In this document: positions 39,803 through 50,103 of the stretch, one piece after another
How positions within the stretch are numbered: position 1 is the stretch's first letter
How the letters are laid out: every line of letters starts with the position of its first letter
Assembly (NCBI GenBank): GCA_016784875.1
Contig: JADHTX010000001.1
Span: forward strand, 1 to 51,730
Direction: 5' to 3'
Origin: Methylobacter sp.
GTDB taxonomy: Bacteria > Pseudomonadota > Gammaproteobacteria > Methylococcales > Methylomonadaceae
DNA: 51,730 nt
The notes under the pieces: generated by a model
Databases searched by the model: none
Seen by the model: the letters and a program-made list of their open reading frames with translations, nothing else
What the model was told of the DNA's origin: nothing
Translations under genes and position numbers: made by a program

Positions 39803-42145
39803 ATGGTTATTTCCGCTCTGTCATTTTTAGCCGGGTTGTTGCTGGTTCAACAGTTTTCGGTATTGCCGGATGTTAAATGGCTGATAGTCGGTGCGGTAGT
39901 GGTCGGCAGTATTGCATGGTTGCGTTATTGGCGATGCCTGTTCTTTTCGGTTGGCGTTTTGTGGGCGATAGTGTTTGCCATGCATCGATTGTCCAGCCAG
40001 TTGCCTGAGTCATTAGAGGGTATTGAGATTCAGGTGAGCGGCGTCATAGCCGATTTGCCGGTGCAAGACGAAAAGCGAGCCCGTTTTGATTTTATCCCCA
40101 GGGATGGGGTGTATGCCGCAAGCCCGTCGGGAACGGGTGCGGCGATCCCCAGGGATAGTGCATATGGGAGAGCTGCTAATGAGCCTGCTCAACACTTACC
40201 CGCCAAACTGCGATTAAGCTGGTATTACCCTGATCAGCAAATCAAGGCAGGCCAGCATTGGACTTTTACCGTCAAACTAAAGCGCATCCACGGCACTATG
40301 AATCCCGGCGGCTTTGATTATGAACGCTGGCTATTTACCGAAGGCATCGGTGCGACAGGCTATGTTCGGCCTAACCATAAGCCGGTTTTACTGGGTCGCG
40401 ATTCGGCCTGGAGCAGTATTTCCGTCTGGCGGCAGAGTATCGCCGATCGGCTTTCAAGCCTATTAGGCAATAGCCCAAGTCTTGGGCTGATAAAGGCGCT
40501 GACCATTGGCGACGCAAGCCGCATCTCGCAAAAGCAATGGGAGATTTTTCGCAAAACCGGCACGGTTCATTTGATGGTGATTTCCGGCTTGCATATCGGC
40601 CTTGTTGCCGGGCTGGTGTATTTTTTGGTGCTTAAATTGTGGGCGTGGACGGGTTTGTTGGCATGGTCGCCGCAAAGAGTCTCGGCAGTGGTGGCGGTGT
40701 TGGCTGCGATTTTTTATTCAGGATTGGCCGGTTTTTCCGTGCCTACTCAGCGCTCGGTGGTTATGTTATCTATCGCCATGACGGCGATTATTCTGCAACG
40801 CAACTCCCGCCCCCTTAATACCTTAGCCATCGCCTTGTTTGCCGTATTGATATTCGATCCGTTAGCGGTGCTGGCGGCAGGATTCTGGCTGTCGTTTCTC
40901 GCCGTAAGTGTCATCGTTTATGCCGTTTCCGGGCGCTTGGGCAAGGCCGGGTATTTATGGAGTGCCTTGAAAATACATTGGGTTACCTCGGTGGGTTTAT
41001 CGCCTTTGTTGCTGCTGTTTTTCCAGCAGGTTTCGCTGATTGCGCCGCTGGCTAACTTGTTTGCCGTGCCGGTCATCAGCCTGCTGGTAGTACCGTTGTC
41101 GTTGCTGGCGGTCATGGTCATGTTTGTATCAGCAACGCTGGCGGACAAGTTGTTCTTTTTGGTCGATCGCCTGCTGCAAGGTTTATGGTGGTTTTTGGAA
41201 TATTTTGCGGAACTCCCGATGGCATCGATAACGCATGAACCACCTTCGTATTGGGCGTTATTTTTCGCTGTGCCGGGGATGATGCTGTTGCTTGCACCGG
41301 TAGGCATTCCGGCGCGTTGGCTAAGCTTGGTGATGTTTTTACCGTTGCTGTTTACCGAGGTAAAGCGACCTGAAATCGGCGACATCAATATGACCTTACT
41401 GGATGTCGGACAAGGTTTATCGGCGGTTGTGCAAACTGCCGAACATCTGCTGGTTTACGATACTGGTGCAAAATTTTCGGCTGACAGCGATATGGGGCAA
41501 CGGGTAGTGCTGCCATTTTTGCACTTGCAAGGTCTAAACAAAATTGACAGCCTGATTATCAGTCATGGCGACAACGATCATATCGGCGGCGCGGCATCGT
41601 TAATGCACGGCATGGATACCGTGCAAGTATTAACCAGTGTCCCGCAAAAGTTGATTGAGTACGCGCCAATCGAGTGTATAGCCGGGCAATCGTGGCTATG
41701 GGATGAGGTTGAATTCACTATGTTGGGGCCAGCACAGGCATTTAACTCAAAAAACGACAGCTCCTGCGTGCTGAAAATTCAGTCGAAACACGGCACGCTA
41801 TTATTGACCGGCGACATTGAAGCGACAGCAGAATCCTGGCTGGTTGATACTTACGGCGAGGCGTTAAAAGCCGAGGTGTTAGTCGCCCCGCATCATGGCA
41901 GCAAGACTTCATCGACAATGAGTTTTTTGCGCGCCGTACAGCCGGAGTATGTATTGATTCCGGCAGGTTACCGCAGTCAATTCGGTCATCCGCATAAAGA
42001 TGTTTTGGCGCGCTATCGGCGAATCAATGCGACATGGCTAAATAACGCCGACAGCGGGGCGATTTTTGTCAATGTTATCAATAATGCTTGGGCAGTGCAG
42101 GGGATGCGGCAGATGGAAAGTAAGTATTGGAATTTTAAAAAATAA
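39803..42145 (+). CDS. comEC: DNA internalization competence protein ComEC/Rec2
   Basis: NPGGFDYE, TGT.HL..ISGLHIG, LDVGQG, SHGDNDH.GG, LTGDIE, PHHGSKTSS; carries an in-frame insertion at about 40094-40190. Confidence 0.95.
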   Translation: MVISALSFLAGLLLVQQFSVLPDVKWLIVGAVVVGSIAWLRYWRCLFFSVGVLWAIVFAMHRLSSQLPESLEGIEIQVSGVIADLPVQDEKRARFDFIPRDGVYAASPSGTGAAIPRDSAYGRAANEPAQHLPAKLRLSWYYPDQQIKAGQHWTFTVKLKRIHGTMNPGGFDYERWLFTEGIGATGYVRPNHKPVLLGRDSAWSSISVWRQSIADRLSSLLGNSPSLGLIKALTIGDASRISQKQWEIFRKTGTVHLMVISGLHIGLVAGLVYFLVLKLWAWTGLLAWSPQRVSAVVAVLAAIFYSGLAGFSVPTQRSVVMLSIAMTAIILQRNSRPLNTLAIALFAVLIFDPLAVLAAGFWLSFLAVSVIVYAVSGRLGKAGYLWSALKIHWVTSVGLSPLLLLFFQQVSLIAPLANLFAVPVISLLVVPLSLLAVMVMFVSATLADKLFFLVDRLLQGLWWFLEYFAELPMASITHEPPSYWALFFAVPGMMLLLAPVGIPARWLSLVMFLPLLFTEVKRPEIGDINMTLLDVGQGLSAVVQTAEHLLVYDTGAKFSADSDMGQRVVLPFLHLQGLNKIDSLIISHGDNDHIGGAASLMHGMDTVQVLTSVPQKLIEYAPIECIAGQSWLWDEVEFTMLGPAQAFNSKNDSSCVLKIQSKHGTLLLTGDIEATAESWLVDTYGEALKAEVLVAPHHGSKTSSTMSFLRAVQPEYVLIPAGYRSQFGHPHKDVLARYRRINATWLNNADSGAIFVNVINNAWAVQGMRQMESKYWNFKK
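40094..40144 (+). repeat. 51-bp in-frame coding double-hairpin element, copy 1 (in comEC)
   Basis: ATCCCCAGGGATGGGGTGTATGCCGCAAGCCCGTCGGGAACGGGTGCGGCG; 42/51 identical to 47471-47521; first 12 bp repeated directly after it (40145-40156). Confidence 0.88.
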
Positions 42146-42173
42146 TAGCAACAGCTTTACTCTGTTATTAAAT

Positions 42174-42190
42174 AGGACTAAAATGGTCCT
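42174..42190. promoter_or_regulatory. Rrf2/IscR type-1-like operator upstream of suf regulator
   Basis: AGGACTAAAATGGTCCT imperfect palindrome resembling the GACTRwwwYAGTC core, 19 nt before the Rrf2 start. Confidence 0.6.
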
Positions 42191-42209
42191 CAATTAATAG
42201 GGGCGATAT

Positions 42210-42659
42210 ATGTTACGGCTGAGTAAGTTAACCGATTATGCGACGGTCATTTTAAGTTTTATGGCTAAAGATAAAATACAGGTGCATGCGGCTATGGAAA
42301 TAGCAACGGTGACCGGTATTGCTTTGCCTACGGTCAGCAAAATCCTTAAGTTATTGGTTAATGCTAAGGTGTTGATTTCTACACGGGGTGCGAAAGGCGG
42401 TTATATTTTAGCCCGAATGCCGGAAGAAATTAGTGTTGCGGCGGTTATCAGCGCATTGGAAGGGCCGATTGCCCTGACCGAATGCAGTATTTCCCATCAA
42501 GGCTGCGAGCAGGCTTCGGGTTGTGATATTCACGGCAATTGGAGCCTGATTAACCAAACCATACATAACGCATTAGAGTCGGTGACTTTGGCCGATTTAA
42601 CCAGACCAGTTGTCGTGCCGGAAGAGGTGTTTGTCCCGGTTTCCAGTTTATATCGATAG
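42210..42659 (+). CDS. SUF system Fe-S cluster assembly regulator (Rrf2 family)
   Basis: MLRLSKLTDYA, PTVSKILK.L, S.RGAKGGY.L, EGPIALTEC.....C.....C. Confidence 0.93.
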   Translation: MLRLSKLTDYATVILSFMAKDKIQVHAAMEIATVTGIALPTVSKILKLLVNAKVLISTRGAKGGYILARMPEEISVAAVISALEGPIALTECSISHQGCEQASGCDIHGNWSLINQTIHNALESVTLADLTRPVVVPEEVFVPVSSLYR

Positions 42660-42668
42660 GACGTTTTT

Positions 42669-44117
<1,449 letters not shown>

Positions 44118-44124
44118 TGAACGG

Positions 44125-44396
44125 ATGATTTCCTATGATGACAATAAACGCCAAATTAATTTGAAAAAGCATGGCATTGATTTAGCGGAATGTGTCAGCA
44201 TCTTCGATCACTTAATGATTACCAAAGAAGACGCGCGTGAAAATTATGGCGAACAGCGCTTACAAAGTTTAGGATTATTGAATTCCGTTGTCGTTTTTAT
44301 GGTTTGGATTGATAAGGTTGAGCTCCACATTTAATTTAAGTTCGTGAGGCTACTAAATATGAGCAAAAATACTACTACGCCAACATTGGCTACTGA
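44125..44396 (+). pseudogene. BrnT family toxin, frameshifted and with nonsense codon
   Basis: YDDNKRQINLKKHGIDL...D.RENYGE.R. The C-terminus continues in another frame as APHLI*VREATKYEQKYYYANIGY (TAA 44337-44339 at the Ser of IS.R.A). Confidence 0.8.
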
Positions 44397-44640
44397 AGAA
44401 CCGCCTTATAACCCTGACGATCTTGATTCAGTAGAAAACTTTTGGGAAGGTGCCCGTATTGAACATCAAGGTAAAATTATCGGCGTAAGTCATCGTATAA
44501 AAGAATGTGAATTAGCAAAGGTTCAAGTCACTTTAACCTTATCACCGCAGGTGGTCGATTTTTTTAAAAACACAGGCAAAGACTGGCAAACGCGAATGGA
44601 TGAGGCGTTGATTGAATATATTGAAACGCATCATGCTTAA
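44359..44640 (+). CDS. BrnA family antitoxin
   Basis: KVQVTLTLSPQVVDFFKNTGKDWQTRMDEAL ribbon-helix-helix motif; ATG 44359. Confidence 0.85.
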   Translation: MSKNTTTPTLATEEPPYNPDDLDSVENFWEGARIEHQGKIIGVSHRIKECELAKVQVTLTLSPQVVDFFKNTGKDWQTRMDEALIEYIETHHA

Positions 44641-44641
44641 T

Positions 44642-44848
44642 ATGAAATATAAAATGATTATTTACTGGAGCGAAGAAGATCAAGCTTATATCGCCGAAGT
44701 GCCGGAATTAGCCGGTTGTATGGCCGATGGGAGCAGTTATCAAGAAGCGGTTAGCAATGCTGAACGGGTTATTGCTGAATGGATAGAGACTGCCGTAGAA
44801 CTGGGTCGGCATGTTCCCGAGCCTAAAGGGCGATTGTTATATGCCTAA
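44642..44848 (+). CDS. Short HicB family antitoxin (no hicA adjacent)
   Basis: Y..IIYWSEEDQAYIAEVPELAGCMADG.SY.EA..N....I.EWIETA.ELGR..PEP. Confidence 0.85.
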   Translation: MKYKMIIYWSEEDQAYIAEVPELAGCMADGSSYQEAVSNAERVIAEWIETAVELGRHVPEPKGRLLYA

Positions 44849-44878
44849 GTAAGCAATGTTTTTAAAATAAGGCCGTTC

Positions 44879-45493
44879 ATGGGTAATTCGAATGAAACAA
44901 GCAGTGCTGATTTCAATAGCATCAAAACAGGATGGGTTCTAGCAATACTTGTTGTAATAGGGTTGGTTATTGTCGGTTTCTATTTCTTTAATTTCAATTC
45001 TCATATACTAAAAAACGAGGGTTGGTGGAAAGTTTTTCAAAACCTGTCCGCAGATACTGGAAATTGAGGAACATTTGGCGATTATGTTGGCGGCATACTT
45101 AATCCGGTTATTGCTGGATTTGCATTTTATTTGATAGCCAAGACTTATGAGCTTCAAAAAAGCGAGTCGACAAAAACTATAAAAATAGCTGCACTGACTG
45201 CGCTTCTTAATTCGAATTTAACAAAAATTGGTTTGCTGAGAACCGAAAAAGTCGAACTATTAGGCCAAATACCGCAAGAACATCAACAGGATATGCTCCG
45301 TGATATAGAAAATGACAAATATGACAAATCCGAAAAAAATCAATTTGATAAAGAAATATCGACAGGACGTAATAGGCTTAATTATCGCGAATATTACGAT
45401 CTAATAACAAGAGTGCCCCAAATAGATCGGGAAATTGAGATATTAAGGATTAAGAATTTTAAGCTAGAAGAAAAAATTACGTTTTTTCTTTAA
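44879..45493 (+). pseudogene. Membrane protein with WGxFGDYxGG motif, interrupted by in-frame TGA (45065-45067)
   Basis: Two track ORFs in the same frame, joined by DTGN*GTFGDYVGGILNPVIAGFAFYLIAKTY. Confidence 0.75.
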
Positions 45494-45557
45494 AAATAGC
45501 CCGACCTACAGTACTTTGGCAGAGATATAGACTTATGATCAATCCAAGGAAAATGCA

Positions 45558-45809
45558 ATGTTAGAAACCACAGCGACCAAGTTAATTAAGAACTTACCCA
45601 AGGAAATAGAACCTTGTTTTAATAGCCATGAAGCACTGCACGTTAAACAAGATGATGGTAAAGATTTTGTGATTATCAACGCTGAAGATTGGCGGGCGAT
45701 TGAGGAAACCCTGTTCCTTAATCAAATTCCCGGCATGGTTGCCAGTATTCATGATGCGGCTAACGAATCATTGGACAAAGGTGTTCGTCTACAGGATTTA
45801 GACTGGTGA
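45558..45809 (+). CDS. Phd/YefM family antitoxin
   Basis: V.INAEDWRAIEETLFL..IPGM..SI, ends LDW overlapping yoeB start. Confidence 0.85.
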   Translation: MLETTATKLIKNLPKEIEPCFNSHEALHVKQDDGKDFVIINAEDWRAIEETLFLNQIPGMVASIHDAANESLDKGVRLQDLDW

Positions 45810-46070
45810 CTTGGCAAGTTACTTTAAGTCGGCAGGCGGAAAAGGACGCAAAAAAAATTGCTCAAGCAGGCTTGAAACCGCAAGCCGGAAAATTATTGGA
45901 GCTTTTGACTGAAAACCCATTTACCACACCGCCACCTTATGAAAAATTAGTGGGCAATCTGCAAGGCTTTTATTCCAGACGTATCACTATTCAACATCGC
46001 TTAAGTTTATCGTATTGTTGAAATAGAAAAAGTGATTCATGTGTTGCGGATGTGGACGCATTATGAATAA
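45806..46070 (+). pseudogene. Txe/YoeB family toxin with +1 frameshift at about 46004
   Basis: NPF..PPPYEKLVGNLQGFYSRRITIQHRL, then an extra A; the shifted frame reads VYRIVEIEKVIHVLRMWTHYE*, the canonical C-terminus. Confidence 0.88.
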
Positions 46071-46112
46071 AACAGCGCGTTAAGCGATATTAACAAAACA
46101 ATTGGAACTCTT

Positions 46113-46862
46113 ATGCTCAGCATTAAAAACTTAACCGTCAACGTAAACGACAAACAAATTCTTAAAGGCATTAACCTTGAGATTAAGGCCGGTGAAATCC
46201 ACGCGATTATGGGGCCGAACGGTTCCGGTAAAAGCACCTTGTCGCATGTGCTGTCGGGCAAGGGCGGTTATACCGTGACCGGCGGTTCGGCGACTTATCA
46301 GGGTAAGGATTTGCTGGAGATGGCGCCTGAAATCAGGGCGCGTGAGGGCGTGTTTTTGGCCTTCCAGTATCCGGTTGAAATCCCCGGCGTCAGTAATATT
46401 TATTTATTGAAAGCGGCGCTGAACTCGATACGCAAACACCACGGGCAGCCTGAAGTCGATGCGATGGATTTTTTAACGCTGGTTAAAGAAAAAGTGCGCT
46501 TGCTGGAAATGGATGAGAAGTTTTTGTACCGCGCGGTGAACGAAGGTTTCTCCGGCGGCGAAAAGAAACGCAACGAAATCCTGCAAATGGCTATTTTGGA
46601 ACCCAAGCTGTGTATTATGGATGAAACCGATTCCGGCCTGGACATCGACGCGTTGAAAATCGTCTCGGAAGGCGTTAATTCCTTGCGTTCGCCGGAACGT
46701 TCGTTTGTGATGGTCACCCATTACCAGCGCTTGCTGGACTATATCAAACCGGACTTTGTCCATGTGTTGGCGCATGGTCAAATCGTCAAATCCGGCGGTG
46801 CGGAGCTGGCATTGGAGCTGGAAGAAAAAGGCTACAGTTGGGTTGAAGAGGCGGTAGCGTAA
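46113..46862 (+). CDS. sufC: Fe-S cluster assembly ATPase SufC
   Basis: MGPNGSGKST, FLAFQYPVEIPGV, NEGFSGGEKKRNE, DETDSGLDIDA. Confidence 0.98.
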   Translation: MLSIKNLTVNVNDKQILKGINLEIKAGEIHAIMGPNGSGKSTLSHVLSGKGGYTVTGGSATYQGKDLLEMAPEIRAREGVFLAFQYPVEIPGVSNIYLLKAALNSIRKHHGQPEVDAMDFLTLVKEKVRLLEMDEKFLYRAVNEGFSGGEKKRNEILQMAILEPKLCIMDETDSGLDIDALKIVSEGVNSLRSPERSFVMVTHYQRLLDYIKPDFVHVLAHGQIVKSGGAELALELEEKGYSWVEEAVA

Positions 46863-48235
46863 TGAATACGGCAACAGCAAGCCGTTATACGGCTGAATAC
46901 CAAACCATAGCGTCTGTCTTGCCTGGGCAAAACTTGCCTTGGTTGCAGACCTTAAGAAGCGAGGCTCTGGAGCAGTTTTCTGCGCAAGGATTTCCATCGC
47001 CGCGCGAGGAAGAATGGCGCTATACCAATGTGTCCGGCATTGAAAAGAAACTGTTTTCGCCGTCGGTCGATTTAACTACTATTGATATAAACGCAGACTG
47101 GCTAAAAGCCTATCGATTGGAAGATGCTTGGGTTTTGGTTTTGGTGAACGGCCATTTTTCAGCCGAGCTTTCGGTCTTAGAGGGTCTGCCCGAAGCCGTT
47201 ACTGTGATGGGTATGGCTGAAGCGTTGGCAAAGCAGCCGGATACAGTGGAAAAATATTTAGGGAAGGGTGCCGATCAATCTGAGCACAGTTTTATTGCTT
47301 TCAATACGGCATGGTTTACCGATGGCCTGTTTGTGCATGTGCCTGCCAAACTGGTTTTAGACAGGCCGATACAGTTGCTGCACATTGTGACCGGCAGCGA
47401 TGCAATGGCTACGACCCGCAATATTGTTATTGCTGACGCTTTGGCCGAAGCTAAAGTCATAGAGACGTTTATCTCCAGGGATGGAGTGTATGCCGCGAAT
47501 CTGTCAGGAACAGATGCGGCGCTGGGACAAGACAGCGCTTACTTAACCGCCGCAGTCACCGAAGTTTTCGTCGGGAAAAACGCCGATGTGACCTTGTACA
47601 AACTGCAAAGCGAGTCGGAAAAAGCCTACCATTTTGGCGGCTGCTACGTTAAACAGGCGAGAGATGCCCGCTTTACCCATCACAATTTCGCTTTTGGCGG
47701 TTTGCTGGCGCGCAGTGATATTCATGTCGATCTCGATCATGCGTCTGAGTGCGAACTGAACGGTTTGTACTTAGGTATCAAGCGTCAGCATCTCGACAAC
47801 CACACCCGAATCAACCATTTAAAGCCTCATGCGATCAGCCGCGAGCTGTATAAAGGCGTATTGGACGATAGAGCCAGAGGTGTGTTTCAGGGGAGGGTGA
47901 TTGTGTCTGAGGATGCGCAGAAAACCGATTCGCAAATGAATAACCGTAATCTGCTGTTATCGGACGATGCCGAAGCGGATACCAAGCCGCAGCTGGAAAT
48001 TTATGCCGATGATGTGAAATGTGCTCATGGCGTGACGGTGGGGCAGCTGGACGAAAAATCCATTTTCTATCTGCAATCACGTTGCGTAGATGAAGAGACA
48101 GCTCGGAACATGCTGACCTTTGCCTTCGCCAACGAAATGGTCGATAAGGTCAAGATTAAAAGCTTACACGATAAGGTTTTAGAACAGGTGTTGGTGCGTT
48201 TCCCGCAACAAGGCGTGAACAAAGAATGGCTATAA
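46862..48235 (+). CDS. sufD: Fe-S cluster assembly protein SufD
   Basis: EEWRYT, AQKTD, NLLLS..AE.DTKPQLEIYADDVKCAHG.TVG; contains a 17-aa insertion. Confidence 0.96.
   Translation: MNTATASRYTAEYQTIASVLPGQNLPWLQTLRSEALEQFSAQGFPSPREEEWRYTNVSGIEKKLFSPSVDLTTIDINADWLKAYRLEDAWVLVLVNGHFSAELSVLEGLPEAVTVMGMAEALAKQPDTVEKYLGKGADQSEHSFIAFNTAWFTDGLFVHVPAKLVLDRPIQLLHIVTGSDAMATTRNIVIADALAEAKVIETFISRDGVYAANLSGTDAALGQDSAYLTAAVTEVFVGKNADVTLYKLQSESEKAYHFGGCYVKQARDARFTHHNFAFGGLLARSDIHVDLDHASECELNGLYLGIKRQHLDNHTRINHLKPHAISRELYKGVLDDRARGVFQGRVIVSEDAQKTDSQMNNRNLLLSDDAEADTKPQLEIYADDVKCAHGVTVGQLDEKSIFYLQSRCVDEETARNMLTFAFANEMVDKVKIKSLHDKVLEQVLVRFPQQGVNKEWL
47471..47521 (+). repeat. 51-bp in-frame coding double-hairpin element, copy 2 (in sufD)
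   Basis: ATCTCCAGGGATGGAGTGTATGCCGCGAATCTGTCAGGAACAGATGCGGCG encodes ISRDGVYAANLSGTDAA. Confidence 0.88.
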
Positions 48236-48796
48236 AATGTCGGCGATGTTGATGGTAAGCTGGTTTATCTGAGACAAGGTGACGCTATCGCCAATCCGCA
48301 ATGTGGTTTTTTCGCCATAACAATCGCCATGCGGTTGGCGGTATACTTCGACGCAGGAGTCGTTCAAGTTCATCAGCCAGTATTCAGGGATGTTATGGCT
48401 GGCGTATAAACGCAGTTTCTGGTTTTGGTCGAAACTGAGCGAACTGTCGGCGACTTCAATCAGCAGCAAAACGTCATCGGCAGTAGGGTGACGGGATGAG
48501 TAGAAATCATCGCTCGGTTTTAACAGCATAAAATCGGGTTCGGGTTCTGAAAGGTCGCCGAGTTGTAATGGGTCTTGGACGCTGAGAATGGCTTTACCGA
48601 AAGCCAAGGCGGATAGTCTGTTATTTAAACGTTTTACATGTCCTGCATGATTACAACCGATAGGGGCCATTTCTAAAATTTCTCCATTGATAAGCTCAAG
48701 CCGACTTTCAGGCGGAAAAATATTAGCTTCGCCCAATCTTTGCCATTCATTAATATCGGTGAGATGTTTGCGTACACCCGCAGTTGCTGTAGCCAT
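48230..48796 (-). CDS. Uma2 (DUF820) family PD-(D/E)xK endonuclease-like protein
   Basis: RLELINGEILEMAPIG..H, SEPEPD, LLIEVADSSL..D...K...YA...IPEYW. Confidence 0.9.
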   Translation of the reverse strand: MATATAGVRKHLTDINEWQRLGEANIFPPESRLELINGEILEMAPIGCNHAGHVKRLNNRLSALAFGKAILSVQDPLQLGDLSEPEPDFMLLKPSDDFYSSRHPTADDVLLLIEVADSSLSFDQNQKLRLYASHNIPEYWLMNLNDSCVEVYRQPHGDCYGEKTTLRIGDSVTLSQINQLTINIADIL

Positions 48797-48879
48797 GTTC
48801 TTAAAATAGAGTCAGGTAAGAATGTTTAAAATATAATACCTTGCAATTGAAGAATCAATAACTTATTTGAAATGTAAAT

Positions 48880-50103
48880 ATGACAAATTTTCCCGTAGAA
48901 AAAATCCGCGCCGATTTCCCGATTTTGGCTGAACTTATACGCAACAAGCCGCTGGTCTATCTGGATAACGCGGCTACTTGCCAAAAGCCGCAAGCGGTCA
49001 TCGACAGTATCGTGCATTTGTACAGCCATGATTACGCCAACGTGCATCGCGGCGTACATACCTTAAGCGTGCGTTCCACCGATAAATTTGAAGGCGCGCG
49101 CACTAAGGTTAAAGATTTCATTAACGCCGCCAGCGACAAAGAAATTATTTTTGTCAGGGGCGCTACCGAAGCGATCAATTTGGTTGCGCAGACTTACGGC
49201 AAAGCCAATATCAAAGCCGGGGACGAGATTTTAATTACCGCGATGGAGCATCATTCCAATATCGTGCCTTGGCAAATGCTTTGCGAGCAGACCGGGGCCA
49301 TCTTAAAAGTTGCGCCGATTAACCTGAAAGGCGAATTGATCTATGACGAATTTGAAAAATTGATCAGCGAGAAAACCAAGCTGGTTTCAGTCGTGCATAT
49401 GTCTAATGCCTTGGGTACGATTAATCCGGTTAAACAGATGATTACAGCGGCTCATGCCAAAAACATTCCTGTATTGCTGGACGGTGCGCAGGCTATTCCG
49501 CACATGGCAGTTGACGTGCAGGACTTGGATTGCGATTTTTACGTTTTTTCCGGTCATAAACTTTACGGCCCGGCAGGCGTAGGCGTGTTATACGGCAAGC
49601 AGGCGTTGTTGGAAGACATGCCGCCGTATCAGGGCGGCGGCGATATGATTCGCAAAGTCACCTTTGAAGAAACCGAATATAATACCCTGCCTTATAAGTT
49701 TGAAGCAGGCACGCCGAGCATTGCCGATGTGATCGGTTTGGGCGCAGCTATCGATTATCTGAATGCCATCGGCATGGGTAAGATTGCCGCTTACGAAGCC
49801 GAGTTGCTCGATTATGCTACTGAAAAAGCCAAGCAGATTAAGGGGCTACGGATTATCGGCGAGGCCGAGCATAAAGGCGCAATTTTGTCTTTTGTGCTGG
49901 ATAAAATTCATCCGCACGATATAGGCACCATGCTGGACAGTTTAGGTATTGCGGTCAGGGCAGGGCACCATTGCGCAATGCCGGTCATGGATTTTTTTCA
50001 AGTCCCTGCAACGGCGAGAGCATCGTTTGCGATGTATAACACCAAAGAAGAAATTGATGTTTTAATGAAAGGCATAGAGTCCTTGATTGAGGTATTTGGC
50101 TAA
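48880..50103 (+). CDS. sufS: Cysteine desulfurase SufS
   Basis: YLDNAAT.QKP, ANVHRG, EHHSN, SGHK, RAGHHCA. Confidence 0.97.
   Translation: MTNFPVEKIRADFPILAELIRNKPLVYLDNAATCQKPQAVIDSIVHLYSHDYANVHRGVHTLSVRSTDKFEGARTKVKDFINAASDKEIIFVRGATEAINLVAQTYGKANIKAGDEILITAMEHHSNIVPWQMLCEQTGAILKVAPINLKGELIYDEFEKLISEKTKLVSVVHMSNALGTINPVKQMITAAHAKNIPVLLDGAQAIPHMAVDVQDLDCDFYVFSGHKLYGPAGVGVLYGKQALLEDMPPYQGGGDMIRKVTFEETEYNTLPYKFEAGTPSIADVIGLGAAIDYLNAIGMGKIAAYEAELLDYATEKAKQIKGLRIIGEAEHKGAILSFVLDKIHPHDIGTMLDSLGIAVRAGHHCAMPVMDFFQVPATARASFAMYNTKEEIDVLMKGIESLIEVFG

Noticed and set aside
45065-45067. Selenocysteine TGA, given selD in the window
   Set aside because: The motif context predicts Trp, not Cys; it is not a redox site and I saw no convincing SECIS-like hairpin after it.
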